Positions 37,561-46,375 of a stretch of 64,000 nt of DNA are shown one piece after another. Position numbers and translations under genes: made by a program. The stretch lies in the IMG/VR virus record IMGVR_UViG_3300018080_000003, positions 1 through 64,000 of that record. One strand, written 5' to 3'. This stretch comes from a virus. Each line of letters begins with the position of its first letter. Positions within the stretch are counted from its first letter, which is position 1. The notes below the pieces were generated by a model, which was given only the letters and a program-made list of their open reading frames with translations, did no database searches and had not been told where the DNA came from.

Positions 37561-38460
37561 ATGGCGCATCGACGCAGAAAAAAGTCGCCCAATCTCGGTA
37601 CTGTGCCGGGTCAGGTGGTTCCGATCTCAAACGGGGGTCATCAGCTCGTTTCCAAGGGCGCAGCTCAGACCCTTCTGCGTGGTGAGATTGCGCGTGCGCT
37701 GCAGGACAAGGACGACTACCTCAGCACTTTCGAGGGACAGCAGGCTGGTGTTCCAGGAATGGGCTCGGCGCCTGAGGTTCGGCATGAGCCGGCTGGCGGC
37801 GTCTTCACCAAGTTCCTTCACCCGGCTTTCACCATCATGGAGTTCCTCCGGCGCTCGTTGCCGGAGGAGGGCTGGTTCGACCCGGGCGTGAACCCCCGCA
37901 ACCCGATCCAGTTCCAGCTTGGAAGCTTTCAGGTTCCAAGCGGTCTGGCCCTCTGGCTCTACGACTACGAGTACAAAGTTTTCCGTCCTTCTGGGGTAGA
38001 CCCGGGAGACTTCATCCCGGCTGAGGTCGGTCGCTACAGCAATCAGATCGGTTTCGATGTGACGCTGAGCGGTAAGAGAGACGCGCAGCTCAGCATTCAG
38101 CTCGACCCTCAGACGACGAGTCTTTCTCGTCAGGAGTTCGAGCAGCAGGGCAACACGGGTGGTGCAAGCATCTTCGGCAATCCTCCGACGGCATCTAGCG
38201 CGTTTGATCGCGCCACGGCGAACTCTTTCGCTTCGACGGCCGGGCCGGGAACGTCGCTTTTGCCCAACCGTCCGAACAAGTTTGGTCCTCGGGGCGGCCC
38301 GTGGACTCTGGTGGCAGACGAGGGCACGCGTGTCGCGCTCAACGTCGTCATCTTCAACCGTATTCGTTCTCCCTTGGCGGCCGTAGAGGGTCGCTTGGGC
38401 GGGTACTTGATTCAGCGGCAGGTGAGCAGTTCGCTCATCAACCGTGTCCGTCCGCGATGA
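37561..38460 (+). CDS. putative minor capsid/penton-like protein
   Basis: Basic N-terminus, GMG and GGVF motifs, beta-rich body (FQVPSGLALWL...GRLGGYLI). Confidence 0.5.
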   Translation: MAHRRRKKSPNLGTVPGQVVPISNGGHQLVSKGAAQTLLRGEIARALQDKDDYLSTFEGQQAGVPGMGSAPEVRHEPAGGVFTKFLHPAFTIMEFLRRSLPEEGWFDPGVNPRNPIQFQLGSFQVPSGLALWLYDYEYKVFRPSGVDPGDFIPAEVGRYSNQIGFDVTLSGKRDAQLSIQLDPQTTSLSRQEFEQQGNTGGASIFGNPPTASSAFDRATANSFASTAGPGTSLLPNRPNKFGPRGGPWTLVADEGTRVALNVVIFNRIRSPLAAVEGRLGGYLIQRQVSSSLINRVRPR

Positions 38461-38466
38461 TCAGGA

Positions 38467-38573
38467 GGCGAGAGGCAGAGCAGACAGTCGGAGTAGAAAC
38501 AGTGGGGACGCAACCGCGAATGTGTTGTGCCCTCCAGCCGCTGGGGCTTCGGCTGTCTGCTCTGCTTCTCGCC
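38467..38573 (+). ncRNA. candidate structured RNA (107-nt rod hairpin)
   Basis: 27-bp terminal stem whose three non-WC positions are all G.U on the + strand; inner stems CAGTGG/CCGCTG and CGCAAC/GTTGTG. Confidence 0.55.
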
Positions 38574-38584
38574 ATCGTTTGACC

Positions 38585-39253
38585 ATGTACACCTCTGTAG
38601 GACAGCTATCCGGATACGGACCTTGGGGCCGCAATGTTGCGGAGACCGATGAGGTGTACGTGTGGCGCGGTATGTTTGATGGTGCGCAGATCCTCACGCA
38701 GCAGGACCTGCAGGCCATCGTTGCAAGTGTCGGGAAGAACCAGAGTCTGGACTTCGACATCCGCGGCGTAACGGTCAAGCCTCTGGGTGGCAGGAATAAC
38801 AAGGTTGAGGTGGCCTTCACCACGAAGATCCCTCGTATTTACGCGCTCGACCCCGACTTCATCACGGATAGCGCTTCCAGCATTGCTCGGAAGCTAGAAG
38901 CTGACCTCGCGTCTCGCTTCGGACCGTTCCGTGTCGAGGATCCGAAGTTCCTCGCGATCGATGACGATGAGCCGAAGCATCCCGCCTTGGACTTCTGGCT
39001 GTCGCACGCGACCCTCTGGGATCAGCCTCTCATCGGAGATGCGATCCCCACCCAGGCCTGGGAGAAGTTCCAGGGCATGTACAAAGGATCTGTCGATCAG
39101 GGAATTGCCCTGAAGAAGTGGCAGAACCCCTCCGACCCGAGCTCGGGCAATGGAGACACTGAGAAAGACCATACCATCTTGTGGGCCATCGGCGGCGCAG
39201 CCGTGCTGCTTGGAGGCTTCTACTTGATGCGAAAAGGAGCAGCAAAAAGATGA
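38585..39253 (+). CDS. tail-anchored virion protein
   Basis: Start at ATG 38585 (MYTSVGQ); C-terminal TM + RK. Confidence 0.75.
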   Translation: MYTSVGQLSGYGPWGRNVAETDEVYVWRGMFDGAQILTQQDLQAIVASVGKNQSLDFDIRGVTVKPLGGRNNKVEVAFTTKIPRIYALDPDFITDSASSIARKLEADLASRFGPFRVEDPKFLAIDDDEPKHPALDFWLSHATLWDQPLIGDAIPTQAWEKFQGMYKGSVDQGIALKKWQNPSDPSSGNGDTEKDHTILWAIGGAAVLLGGFYLMRKGAAKR

Positions 39254-39843
39254 GTTACGGTGGAGTTGGTTCGTACTACACCCTTCCTGGCATGGGTTCG
39301 TACTACACCCTTCCTGGCATGTCCGGGTTTGGCTCGACGGCCGACACCTTCGATGCCGCGGCGGTGTGGGCAGACGTGCAGCTTGGCGGCTCGTGCTACG
39401 GCGCGCAGGGCGTCATCAAGGGCTCGAACGTCGGCGCGTGCAACGCGGCTGGTGGTCGTGCGGCTCGCGCGATCCAAGCGGCGCTCAACGAGATGGGCTA
39501 CGGCCCGCTGGCCGTGACGGGCAAGTGGGACGGCGCGGTCTCGGGCAAGTGGAAGCGTTTCCTCTCGGATCACGGCCTTCAGCCGGGACCGGGCCTCGGT
39601 GTCTCCGAGCAGGGCCTTCTCCTGATGGAGAAGCTCCTGAAGGAAGGCAAGACCCCCGGGCCCAACAAGCCCATCGTCTACGACAAGCAGGGCGACCAGT
39701 ACATCCCGCGTGATGCCGGACCCGGCACCGCGACCGCGGGCATGGGCGCTGGTGGTCTACTCCTCGGCGTTCTCGTCATCGGTGGACTCGGCTACGCGGC
39801 CTACCAGAGCGGCAAGAAGCGGAAGGGTCGACGCGTCCGATGA
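39250..39843 (+). CDS. tail-anchored protein with peptidoglycan-binding-like domain
   Basis: Start at ATG 39250; AIQAALNEMGYGPLAVTGKWD resembles PG_binding_1; AGMG-TM-KKRKGRR. Confidence 0.7.
   Translation: MSYGGVGSYYTLPGMGSYYTLPGMSGFGSTADTFDAAAVWADVQLGGSCYGAQGVIKGSNVGACNAAGGRAARAIQAALNEMGYGPLAVTGKWDGAVSGKWKRFLSDHGLQPGPGLGVSEQGLLLMEKLLKEGKTPGPNKPIVYDKQGDQYIPRDAGPGTATAGMGAGGLLLGVLVIGGLGYAAYQSGKKRKGRRVR
39268..39321 (+). repeat. perfect 27-nt tandem duplication encoding GSYYTLPGM
   Basis: GGTTCGTACTACACCCTTCCTGGCATG x2. Confidence 0.95.
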
Positions 39844-40088
39844 TCGATCCCTCCCAGGTCGACTACGCAGCGGTAGCCAACGTCGCGCAGAACGGGTCGC
39901 CGTTGCTGCTCTCGGCGCTCGGTCGTCTGTACGGCATCGGCCCCCAGGAGCGTCATGCGCTCGGGGCTGACGGCACCGGCGTGCCGACCTGGACGTGGGC
40001 TGCTTTGGCCTTTGTCACTGGGTACGTGGTCGGCGTCAGGGTCTACAAGGCCTACCCTGGCTACGTGCCAAAGATCATCAGCGGGTGA
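39840..40088 (+). CDS. small membrane protein
   Basis: ATGA overlap; TM near the C-terminus. Confidence 0.7.
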   Translation: MIDPSQVDYAAVANVAQNGSPLLLSALGRLYGIGPQERHALGADGTGVPTWTWAALAFVTGYVVGVRVYKAYPGYVPKIISG

Positions 40089-40092
40089 ATCT

Positions 40093-40341
40093 ATGCACTT
40101 TGGAATCGACACGCCGGCTTCCGGCACATCTGAGATCGCAAGACAAGGACTTCGAGATGGGATTTACACCCTCGGAGAGACCATGTCCGGGCTTGGCCTG
40201 GAGTACCAGGAGTCTGGAGGCAGGTACATGCTTGCGACGACCAAACACTTCGAGGGTGAAAAGACGAAGTCTTTGGTGATTGGCGTTGGAGCTGGTGCTG
40301 CAGCAGCTCTGCTCATGGGTTTCTTTATCTTCCGGAAGTAG
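40093..40341 (+). CDS. small tail-anchored protein
   Basis: Start MHFG at 40093; SGLG motif; TM + RK. Confidence 0.7.
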   Translation: MHFGIDTPASGTSEIARQGLRDGIYTLGETMSGLGLEYQESGGRYMLATTKHFEGEKTKSLVIGVGAGAAAALLMGFFIFRK

Positions 40342-40348
40342 GCTCGTC

Positions 40349-40903
40349 ATGTACGCAGGACTCGGCAACATCCAGGTACCGACGCCCATCCCGGGCAACA
40401 TCAACCGCGTCGCGACGGTGCGGGCGACTGGCTACAACTACTGCGGCGACCTTCGCGGGTTGCAGCAGATGTTGGCTGAGCTGGGCTGGTACCAGGGCGC
40501 GGTCGACAACCAGTTCGGTCCTGCGACTCGAAAGGCGGCGGAGGCTGCCGCTCGTGAGTACGGTGTTCCTTTCACCAAGGGTGGCACCATCAACAACGAT
40601 TTCTGCCAGGCGGTGATGGATGCTTGGAAAGCGCAGAACGCTCCCAATCCCTCCCCCGCTCCGGCACCCAAGCGTCCGTCCTCTTCTTCTCCAGCAGGCC
40701 CGGCCCCCTCACCATCGTCCAAGCCTGCCGCGTCTCCTTCCGGCAAGCCGGCGTCACCCCCTCGTCAGGGCGGTGGTGAGGGGATCACCGGCTGGTGGAG
40801 TAGTCAAGAGAAGAGCACACAGATCGCCATCGGCCTCGGAGCTGTGGGGATTGTCGGACTGGGGGTCTACCTTCTAGCCACCCCCAAGAGACGTCGAGTT
40901 TGA
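40349..40903 (+). CDS. tail-anchored protein with peptidoglycan-binding domain
   Basis: MYAGLG; LQQMLAELGWYQGAVDNQFGPATRKA matches the PG_binding_1 pattern; Pro/Ser linker; TM + KRRR. Confidence 0.8.
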   Translation: MYAGLGNIQVPTPIPGNINRVATVRATGYNYCGDLRGLQQMLAELGWYQGAVDNQFGPATRKAAEAAAREYGVPFTKGGTINNDFCQAVMDAWKAQNAPNPSPAPAPKRPSSSSPAGPAPSPSSKPAASPSGKPASPPRQGGGEGITGWWSSQEKSTQIAIGLGAVGIVGLGVYLLATPKRRRV

Positions 40904-40930
40904 TGCCCACCGAGGCATAGGAGAAAAGAA

Positions 40931-41551
40931 ATGTACAGCGGAGTTCCTGCATACACCGAGATTTCGCACTTCCGTGCGCCCTACAAGAACGCTGTGATCT
41001 CTGGCTTCGGCCAGGAGGCCGGCGGGCCGGACCCGGCGGCTGCCTTCCTCATGGAAGACGAGCGCGGATATCGGTTCCTCAAGCCTGAGATGCACGTCTT
41101 GTTCATGAACATGATGGCGGAGGCTTACGGCGCTGAGACCATCACCGGCGACCGCATCAAGATCAGTGCGCTCACCCCTGAGCAGGCTGCTGTGGCCGCG
41201 ATCCCGCGCCCCGCGCCTTGGATCAAGGCGGCGGTGGAGTCTGGCAAGGTCGTCTTCGCGAACCAGGCGCTGGTCTTCGCGGTCCTTGGTGGCACGCAGA
41301 TCCCCAGCGGTGTCGACGAGCTTGGTTCGGCCAAGGTCGGGTCCGAAGCCGCCAAGACTTCCGCCAAGGACTACGGCCTCATCATCGTGGCCGGCGACCC
41401 CGACAAGGACCTCGGTGGGGGGAGCAAGAAAGACAGTGGCGAAGGCTTCCTCGCGAACCTCGGTCCGGCCGGAACGGCAGCCGTCGCGGCTGCGGTGATT
41501 GGCGTGGGGTACGTCGCCCTCAAGGGCGCCAAGAAGCGCAATAAGAAGTGA
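40931..41551 (+). CDS. tail-anchored protein (paralog group A)
   Basis: SGFGQ; TM + KKRNKK. Confidence 0.75.
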   Translation: MYSGVPAYTEISHFRAPYKNAVISGFGQEAGGPDPAAAFLMEDERGYRFLKPEMHVLFMNMMAEAYGAETITGDRIKISALTPEQAAVAAIPRPAPWIKAAVESGKVVFANQALVFAVLGGTQIPSGVDELGSAKVGSEAAKTSAKDYGLIIVAGDPDKDLGGGSKKDSGEGFLANLGPAGTAAVAAAVIGVGYVALKGAKKRNKK

Positions 41552-41555
41552 GCTG

Positions 41556-42236
41556 ATGAACGCTCTTCTCCGCCTCGTTGATCCTTCCTTCGCTGCGCAG
41601 CAGCAGCGGCTGAAGCAGACCTCCAGCTCGGCCCATTCCGGTCCGCGCGGAGGTTTGCTGATGGCTGATGGCTCGTCTGGTCCGGCGATGATGTTCGACC
41701 CATCCCGCACTTCGGGCGCTTCTATGTCTCAGGGAGGCGGCGGAGCCACGATGCAGCAGCTCGATCAGCCTGGCCCTGGTGGTGCTCCCCCGAGTGACCT
41801 TGGGTTGCAGGCGACGAAGGTCGCGGGCGGAAAGAGCTACTGTGGGATCACGCCGAACGGCTTGCTCCTCTTCAACTCGGTCTACCCGAGTCAGATCTCC
41901 GGGCTTGGCCCCGAGATGGCGACCGAGGTCAACGGAAAGAAGGTCACGGCACGAGAGATGGTCCCAGTGGGTGGTGCCCCTTCAATCTCTGTGGAGAACT
42001 ACGTCCGCGGTGAGCAGGAGAAGGGCAACGGCATCATCATGACCAACACGGCCATGATCGCGACGAAGAACCTCAACGTCGCTGTTGCCCTCGCGCCTTC
42101 GCCTTGCGGCCAGAACGTGGTCTTGATGGATCCGCCTGGTGGCTGGTCGACGATGAGCCCTCTGGTGTATGCAGGCATCGGAGTCGGCGTCGTCGCGGTT
42201 CTCGGCGGCGCGTACTACCTGACGAAGAAGAAGTGA
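41556..42236 (+). CDS. tail-anchored protein (paralog group A)
   Basis: Start at ATG 41556; TM ending GGAYYLTKKK. Confidence 0.75.
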   Translation: MNALLRLVDPSFAAQQQRLKQTSSSAHSGPRGGLLMADGSSGPAMMFDPSRTSGASMSQGGGGATMQQLDQPGPGGAPPSDLGLQATKVAGGKSYCGITPNGLLLFNSVYPSQISGLGPEMATEVNGKKVTAREMVPVGGAPSISVENYVRGEQEKGNGIIMTNTAMIATKNLNVAVALAPSPCGQNVVLMDPPGGWSTMSPLVYAGIGVGVVAVLGGAYYLTKKK

Positions 42237-42883
42237 TGAAGCATCAGAGCTACGATCAGGCATGCCATGGCTACGGCGTCTACGCCAGCTTTGGCTCTGC
42301 TGCGGCTATCCCTTCGGCCGAAGAGGTGTTCCGCAACGTCGACAAGTACATCTTGAACGACGATGGCATCCAGGTGCTTCAGCCCCAGTTGCGCAAGGCG
42401 GCGATTGATGGCTTGGGCAAGACGACGCTCGGCATCATGGGCTCTGAGGACGGCCCGGTCATCACGGCCACGGCCACGGCGGACCTACTGGGCTTGAACG
42501 TGGGTGGCGGTTGGGCCGCGGACTACTTGGCCATGGGCTACGCGATCATGGGTGACAAGACCAGCGTGGGCAAAGGCTTGACGGGTCGCATCATGATGGC
42601 CAAGGCGCCGGGCTACATCAAGGACAACGCTGGTGTCGGTGGCAATTACGTCGTGATCGACGCGCCTCCTCAACTCTTGTTGGACGCCCAGAAGCTGGCG
42701 GCTGGCATCCCGCCGGGGATCCCTGGAAGTGAGATCCCTCCGGGTGGTGTCCTCCCTGAAGACAAGCAGAAGCAGCCTGAGTTCAAGGCTGCGGGTGCGG
42801 CGCCCACCTGGCTCGTGCCTGCAGTCGTTGGCGTGGGTCTGTTGACGCTGGGCGCTTTCGCGGTCAGCGCGAGAAAGAAGTGA
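42236..42883 (+). CDS. tail-anchored protein (paralog group A)
   Basis: TGATG overlap; YASFG; TM + RKK. Confidence 0.75.
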   Translation: MKHQSYDQACHGYGVYASFGSAAAIPSAEEVFRNVDKYILNDDGIQVLQPQLRKAAIDGLGKTTLGIMGSEDGPVITATATADLLGLNVGGGWAADYLAMGYAIMGDKTSVGKGLTGRIMMAKAPGYIKDNAGVGGNYVVIDAPPQLLLDAQKLAAGIPPGIPGSEIPPGGVLPEDKQKQPEFKAAGAAPTWLVPAVVGVGLLTLGAFAVSARKK

Positions 42884-43680
42884 CGACAATGCGCGGTTTC
42901 GGACAAGCTCCCGTTTTCATCGACCCCCCTGTCTACAACGACGGAGGGCTCAAGCGCGTGACGGCTGCGGCCAAGCCTGCGGCGATGTGGTCGCTGAACG
43001 CGACGACCGTCTTGGACCCGAGCCTTGGCTTCACCCAGAGGCCGTACAGCAACTTCAAGGACAGCTTTGAGCTGAGCGTCCCGAGCGGCCCTGGCACCAA
43101 CTGGCTGGATGCGAAGGTCAAGGAGGGATACGTGGTGATGCTGGTCCCGCCGGATCCGACGAACCTTGGCCCGAATCTCACGTTCATCATCACGAAGGAC
43201 CCGGTCGCGGTAAAGACCGCGTCTGCGTACATCAACCCGGTTGGTGCGGTGATCCTCGACGGCCCCCGTTCGGTCATCGAGGCGGCGAAGGGGCAGGCCC
43301 CCTCCGTCCCAGGTATCCCCGGCTCTGGCGGTACGTGCCCTCCCGGCAAGGTGGGTATTCCTCCTTTCTGTCTTCCTGTGCCTTCGGGCGGAGGAGGGGG
43401 TGGTCAGCAGCCCACGCCTCCTTTCGTTCCTCCGCTGCCGGGTGGTGGCGGCCAGAGCCCCGCGCCTACCCCGACGCCTTCTCCGACGGACCCGAGCCAG
43501 ACGCCGACCCCGGTCGTGCCGCCTCCGGCGCCCACACCGACCCCTGCACCCGCTCCCGCTCCTCAGAAGCCGGCAACGGCTGCGATGGGCGGCTCGGGAT
43601 GGGTCCTCCCTGTCTTGGTGGGGATCGGAGCCATCTCCCTCATCTCCCTGAGTGCTGCGAGCCGGAAGAAGCGTCGCTGA
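42880..43680 (+). CDS. tail-anchored protein with Pro/Thr stalk (paralog group A)
   Basis: MRGFGQ; PTPTP linker; AAMGG-TM-RKKRR. Confidence 0.75.
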   Translation: MTTMRGFGQAPVFIDPPVYNDGGLKRVTAAAKPAAMWSLNATTVLDPSLGFTQRPYSNFKDSFELSVPSGPGTNWLDAKVKEGYVVMLVPPDPTNLGPNLTFIITKDPVAVKTASAYINPVGAVILDGPRSVIEAAKGQAPSVPGIPGSGGTCPPGKVGIPPFCLPVPSGGGGGGQQPTPPFVPPLPGGGGQSPAPTPTPSPTDPSQTPTPVVPPPAPTPTPAPAPAPQKPATAAMGGSGWVLPVLVGIGAISLISLSAASRKKRR

Positions 43681-43707
43681 AATCACTCCTTCTGCTAGGA
43701 TTGCCAG

Positions 43708-44286
43708 ATGGAGATCGATTTTCGACAGATGCTCTTTGGGGTGGGCAGCACCGCTGTTCAGAGCCTCCGTTCGGGCAATCCGACCACCGACAGCTACGCA
43801 CAGGCGGCGGCTCGTCTTCTCCAGCATGCCGGCAAGTGGTCTGCGGTCAGCCAGTCGGGGGTACGTTGTACGACGCGTCAGCGCACACCGATCGGAACGA
43901 CTGAGATCTGTCGAGCCCCTGGGATTGGAGCCTGTGTCGTCTGTGACCAGCCGACTTGTTTCAACCACTCGATGATCTCTCCCCATGATGGAACGCAGAT
44001 CTGTTTTGGGTGCGTGGGGCGTTCTCAGCAGCAGTACCGTGCGGGTGGTCCGGCAGAAGCTCCTGGGGTCAGCGACGCTGAGAAGAAGGCGGATTGCCTC
44101 ATCGTACTTGGCCTCGCGGGAGAGGTGACTTGGGCTCAGGTCCAGGCGGTCTACAAGGCTATCGCCAAAGAGCAGCACCCCGACAAGTTCCCTCCCGCTC
44201 AACGGAAGGAGCAGGAGAAGAAATTCAAGAAGATCAACCAGGCCTATGAGTGGCTCAAGGCCCACTACGAGAAAGAAGCAGCATGA
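43708..44286 (+). CDS. J-domain (DnaJ-like) protein with Cys-rich zinc-binding domain
   Basis: VLGL...YKAIAKEQHPDK...FKKINQAYEWL; upstream CxxC...C..H...CxxC. Confidence 0.85.
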   Translation: MEIDFRQMLFGVGSTAVQSLRSGNPTTDSYAQAAARLLQHAGKWSAVSQSGVRCTTRQRTPIGTTEICRAPGIGACVVCDQPTCFNHSMISPHDGTQICFGCVGRSQQQYRAGGPAEAPGVSDAEKKADCLIVLGLAGEVTWAQVQAVYKAIAKEQHPDKFPPAQRKEQEKKFKKINQAYEWLKAHYEKEAA

Positions 44287-44579
44287 TGATTCGTGGATTT
44301 GGAGCCTTCGGGCAAGAGACCCCTGTCGTTCCTGGCATGCCTGGTGGCATCACCTCCATGGATGAACTTGGCCAGCAGGTCACCTCCGGCCTCGTCGTCG
44401 AGCTTGGGAACAAGCAAGAGGGCAACTACAAGTGCTACGAGCCGACCGAGAAGCAGGCGGCCGAGGGCAAGAAGGCCATGTGCGTGGGCTCTAAGCAGTT
44501 CTACACCATGAGCCACCTCGGAGCGCTTGCCATCGGTGGAGCTGTCGGCTTCGCCATCTGCAAGATGATGAAGAAGTGA
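44283..44579 (+). CDS. small tail-anchored protein
   Basis: MMIRGFGAFGQ; TM + KK. Confidence 0.7.
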   Translation: MMIRGFGAFGQETPVVPGMPGGITSMDELGQQVTSGLVVELGNKQEGNYKCYEPTEKQAAEGKKAMCVGSKQFYTMSHLGALAIGGAVGFAICKMMKK

Positions 44580-44583
44580 TCTG

Positions 44584-44982
44584 ATGTATACCTCTCTTGG
44601 ACAGAACTTGGACTACGGCTGGGTGTTCCTCTACGGACCTCCCGCCAAGGGTGCGGCTGATCAGTTCCTTGGTTGGGTCTACACCTCCACGCCCGGCGCT
44701 CAGGTGATCGCGAAGCGAGCCTCGGGCGCTATCCCGGGGTTCCTCGACTTCAGTGCGACCACAGGTCTAGGCTGGCAGCAGCTTCAAGAGATGATCAGCC
44801 AGAAGACGGGTGAGTTCAGTAGTCAGCTGACGCCTCAGTTCTTGAGCTACTACTATCCCGCGACCCCTCAGGTCGCTCAGACGGTGCGTACCATCATGCG
44901 TGGTATCATCACGACGTCCGACCGAGAAGGTTGGATCCGCCAGGTTCGAGTGTTCGACCCGAACCGCAACCAGATCCGGTGA
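44584..44982 (+). CDS. hypothetical virion protein (MYTSLG N-terminus, no TM)
   Basis: Shares the N-terminal motif with the TM-bearing neighbours. Confidence 0.7.
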   Translation: MYTSLGQNLDYGWVFLYGPPAKGAADQFLGWVYTSTPGAQVIAKRASGAIPGFLDFSATTGLGWQQLQEMISQKTGEFSSQLTPQFLSYYYPATPQVAQTVRTIMRGIITTSDREGWIRQVRVFDPNRNQIR

Positions 44983-44987
44983 CAGAC

Positions 44988-45344
44988 ATGTTCGGCTCCT
45001 ACTACGAGGCAGATTACTACCGCAACCCGGTCCCCTACCGGCAGAGTGACATCGGCGAGCCGGTGCCTGGTTGGGGTGTAAACCCGTTGGTGGCTGGTCC
45101 TGCTCGTCTCGGGGTGGGAGCGCCTCCAATGCTGGACACTTCGCTCATGCGGGCTTCGGCCGCGCAGATGCAGACGCCCATTCTCCAGATGCAGACGCAG
45201 CGTGGTGGCACAACGACTACGGAGGGTGGAGTCACGCCCGGAGCGGGCGCCCCGATGGCGCTCCCGTGGTGGACGTACCCTGCTGCTGCTGCGGTCGCGC
45301 TCGGCCTCGTGGGCTTCTACGGGACGAAGAAGGGTTGGTTCTGA
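44988..45344 (+). CDS. small tail-anchored protein
   Basis: MFGSYYE; TM + KKGWF. Confidence 0.7.
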   Translation: MFGSYYEADYYRNPVPYRQSDIGEPVPGWGVNPLVAGPARLGVGAPPMLDTSLMRASAAQMQTPILQMQTQRGGTTTTEGGVTPGAGAPMALPWWTYPAAAAVALGLVGFYGTKKGWF

Positions 45345-45345
45345 G

Positions 45346-46368
45346 ATGAGCTACGCAGCTGTTGGAAATGTTGGCTTCAACGTCCAGGTGGACATCCCTC
45401 TGTTGACGGGTGGCCCTGCGGCCGAGGACACTGGTGCAACGAAGCCGAATTGTCCTGGCAAGCTCATGTCGGCGAGTGGTAGCGGGCCTCCGGCCCGATG
45501 CGACGGTGGCATCCATGCGGTGAACTGCAAGGAGGTCTGTTGCAAGGTCGAGTCTTGGACGAACAACACGTACAAGGACATCGGCGGTGAGATCTCACTG
45601 CAGCGTTTGAACGAGTCTCGCATCGAGCACTTGTTCGCAGCGATCTTCGCCGGTGGTGGTCTTCAGAACATGGCCTACGACCTCGGCGTGAAGCCGCCCT
45701 CCCAGGCGGACATGGCGCGCTACAACGAGGCGTTCACCGACTACTTCCGCATCATGGACAAGAACCGCTGGGTTCTTGCGAAGGGCCCTCGTCGCGGCTG
45801 CGACGGTGGAGGCGTTTATGATGTGTGGCGGACGCGTCCGGGCAGGTCGACTTGGACTGTGCAGCGCGTGACGACGTTGGAGAAGCTTGTCGGAAGCCTC
45901 GGCGGCCCTGGTCGTGCGAAGGCCATCGATCAGGTGGGTGTGCCCTACAACCAGTTCCTCCCCCCGGCTCACACGGCGAAGATGGACGAGCTGATCAATC
46001 TCACGATGACGGTGCCCGGTAGCCGGATGGGCGATCGGGTAGGCATGATGCCCACGCTCGCAGCGGCCTTCCGGCCGCAAAACGGCCTGCTCATGCCCTA
46101 CGGTTGGTTTGCGACGTTCTTGCAGGCGCTTCGTCCGCCTCGGGTGATGATCTCAACCGCACTTGCGACGAAGTTCGGACCCCAGCAACAGCGCCTTGTC
46201 GATCTGATGAATCAGCCTGCGACGCAGCAGGCGGCCCGGGACACGACGCAGCCGGCGGCTCCGCCTCCGACAATGACCCAGCAAGAGGGTGGCATTCCCA
46301 CTGCAGCGCTTGTCGCTGGTGGGCTCTTGGTGGCGGGTGGCGTTGCGTTCATTGCTCTGAGAAAGTGA
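45346..46368 (+). CDS. tail-anchored protein with Cys-rich N-domain
   Basis: Start MSYAAVG at 45346; GGIPT-TM-RK. Confidence 0.75.
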   Translation: MSYAAVGNVGFNVQVDIPLLTGGPAAEDTGATKPNCPGKLMSASGSGPPARCDGGIHAVNCKEVCCKVESWTNNTYKDIGGEISLQRLNESRIEHLFAAIFAGGGLQNMAYDLGVKPPSQADMARYNEAFTDYFRIMDKNRWVLAKGPRRGCDGGGVYDVWRTRPGRSTWTVQRVTTLEKLVGSLGGPGRAKAIDQVGVPYNQFLPPAHTAKMDELINLTMTVPGSRMGDRVGMMPTLAAAFRPQNGLLMPYGWFATFLQALRPPRVMISTALATKFGPQQQRLVDLMNQPATQQAARDTTQPAAPPPTMTQQEGGIPTAALVAGGLLVAGGVAFIALRK

Positions 46369-46375
46369 TCTGGCC

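Noticed and set aside
38495-38515. c-di-GMP-I (GEMM) riboswitch suggested by GAAA...GGGACGCAA
   Set aside because: The GAAA is not closed by a stem, and the downstream GEMM elements are missing.
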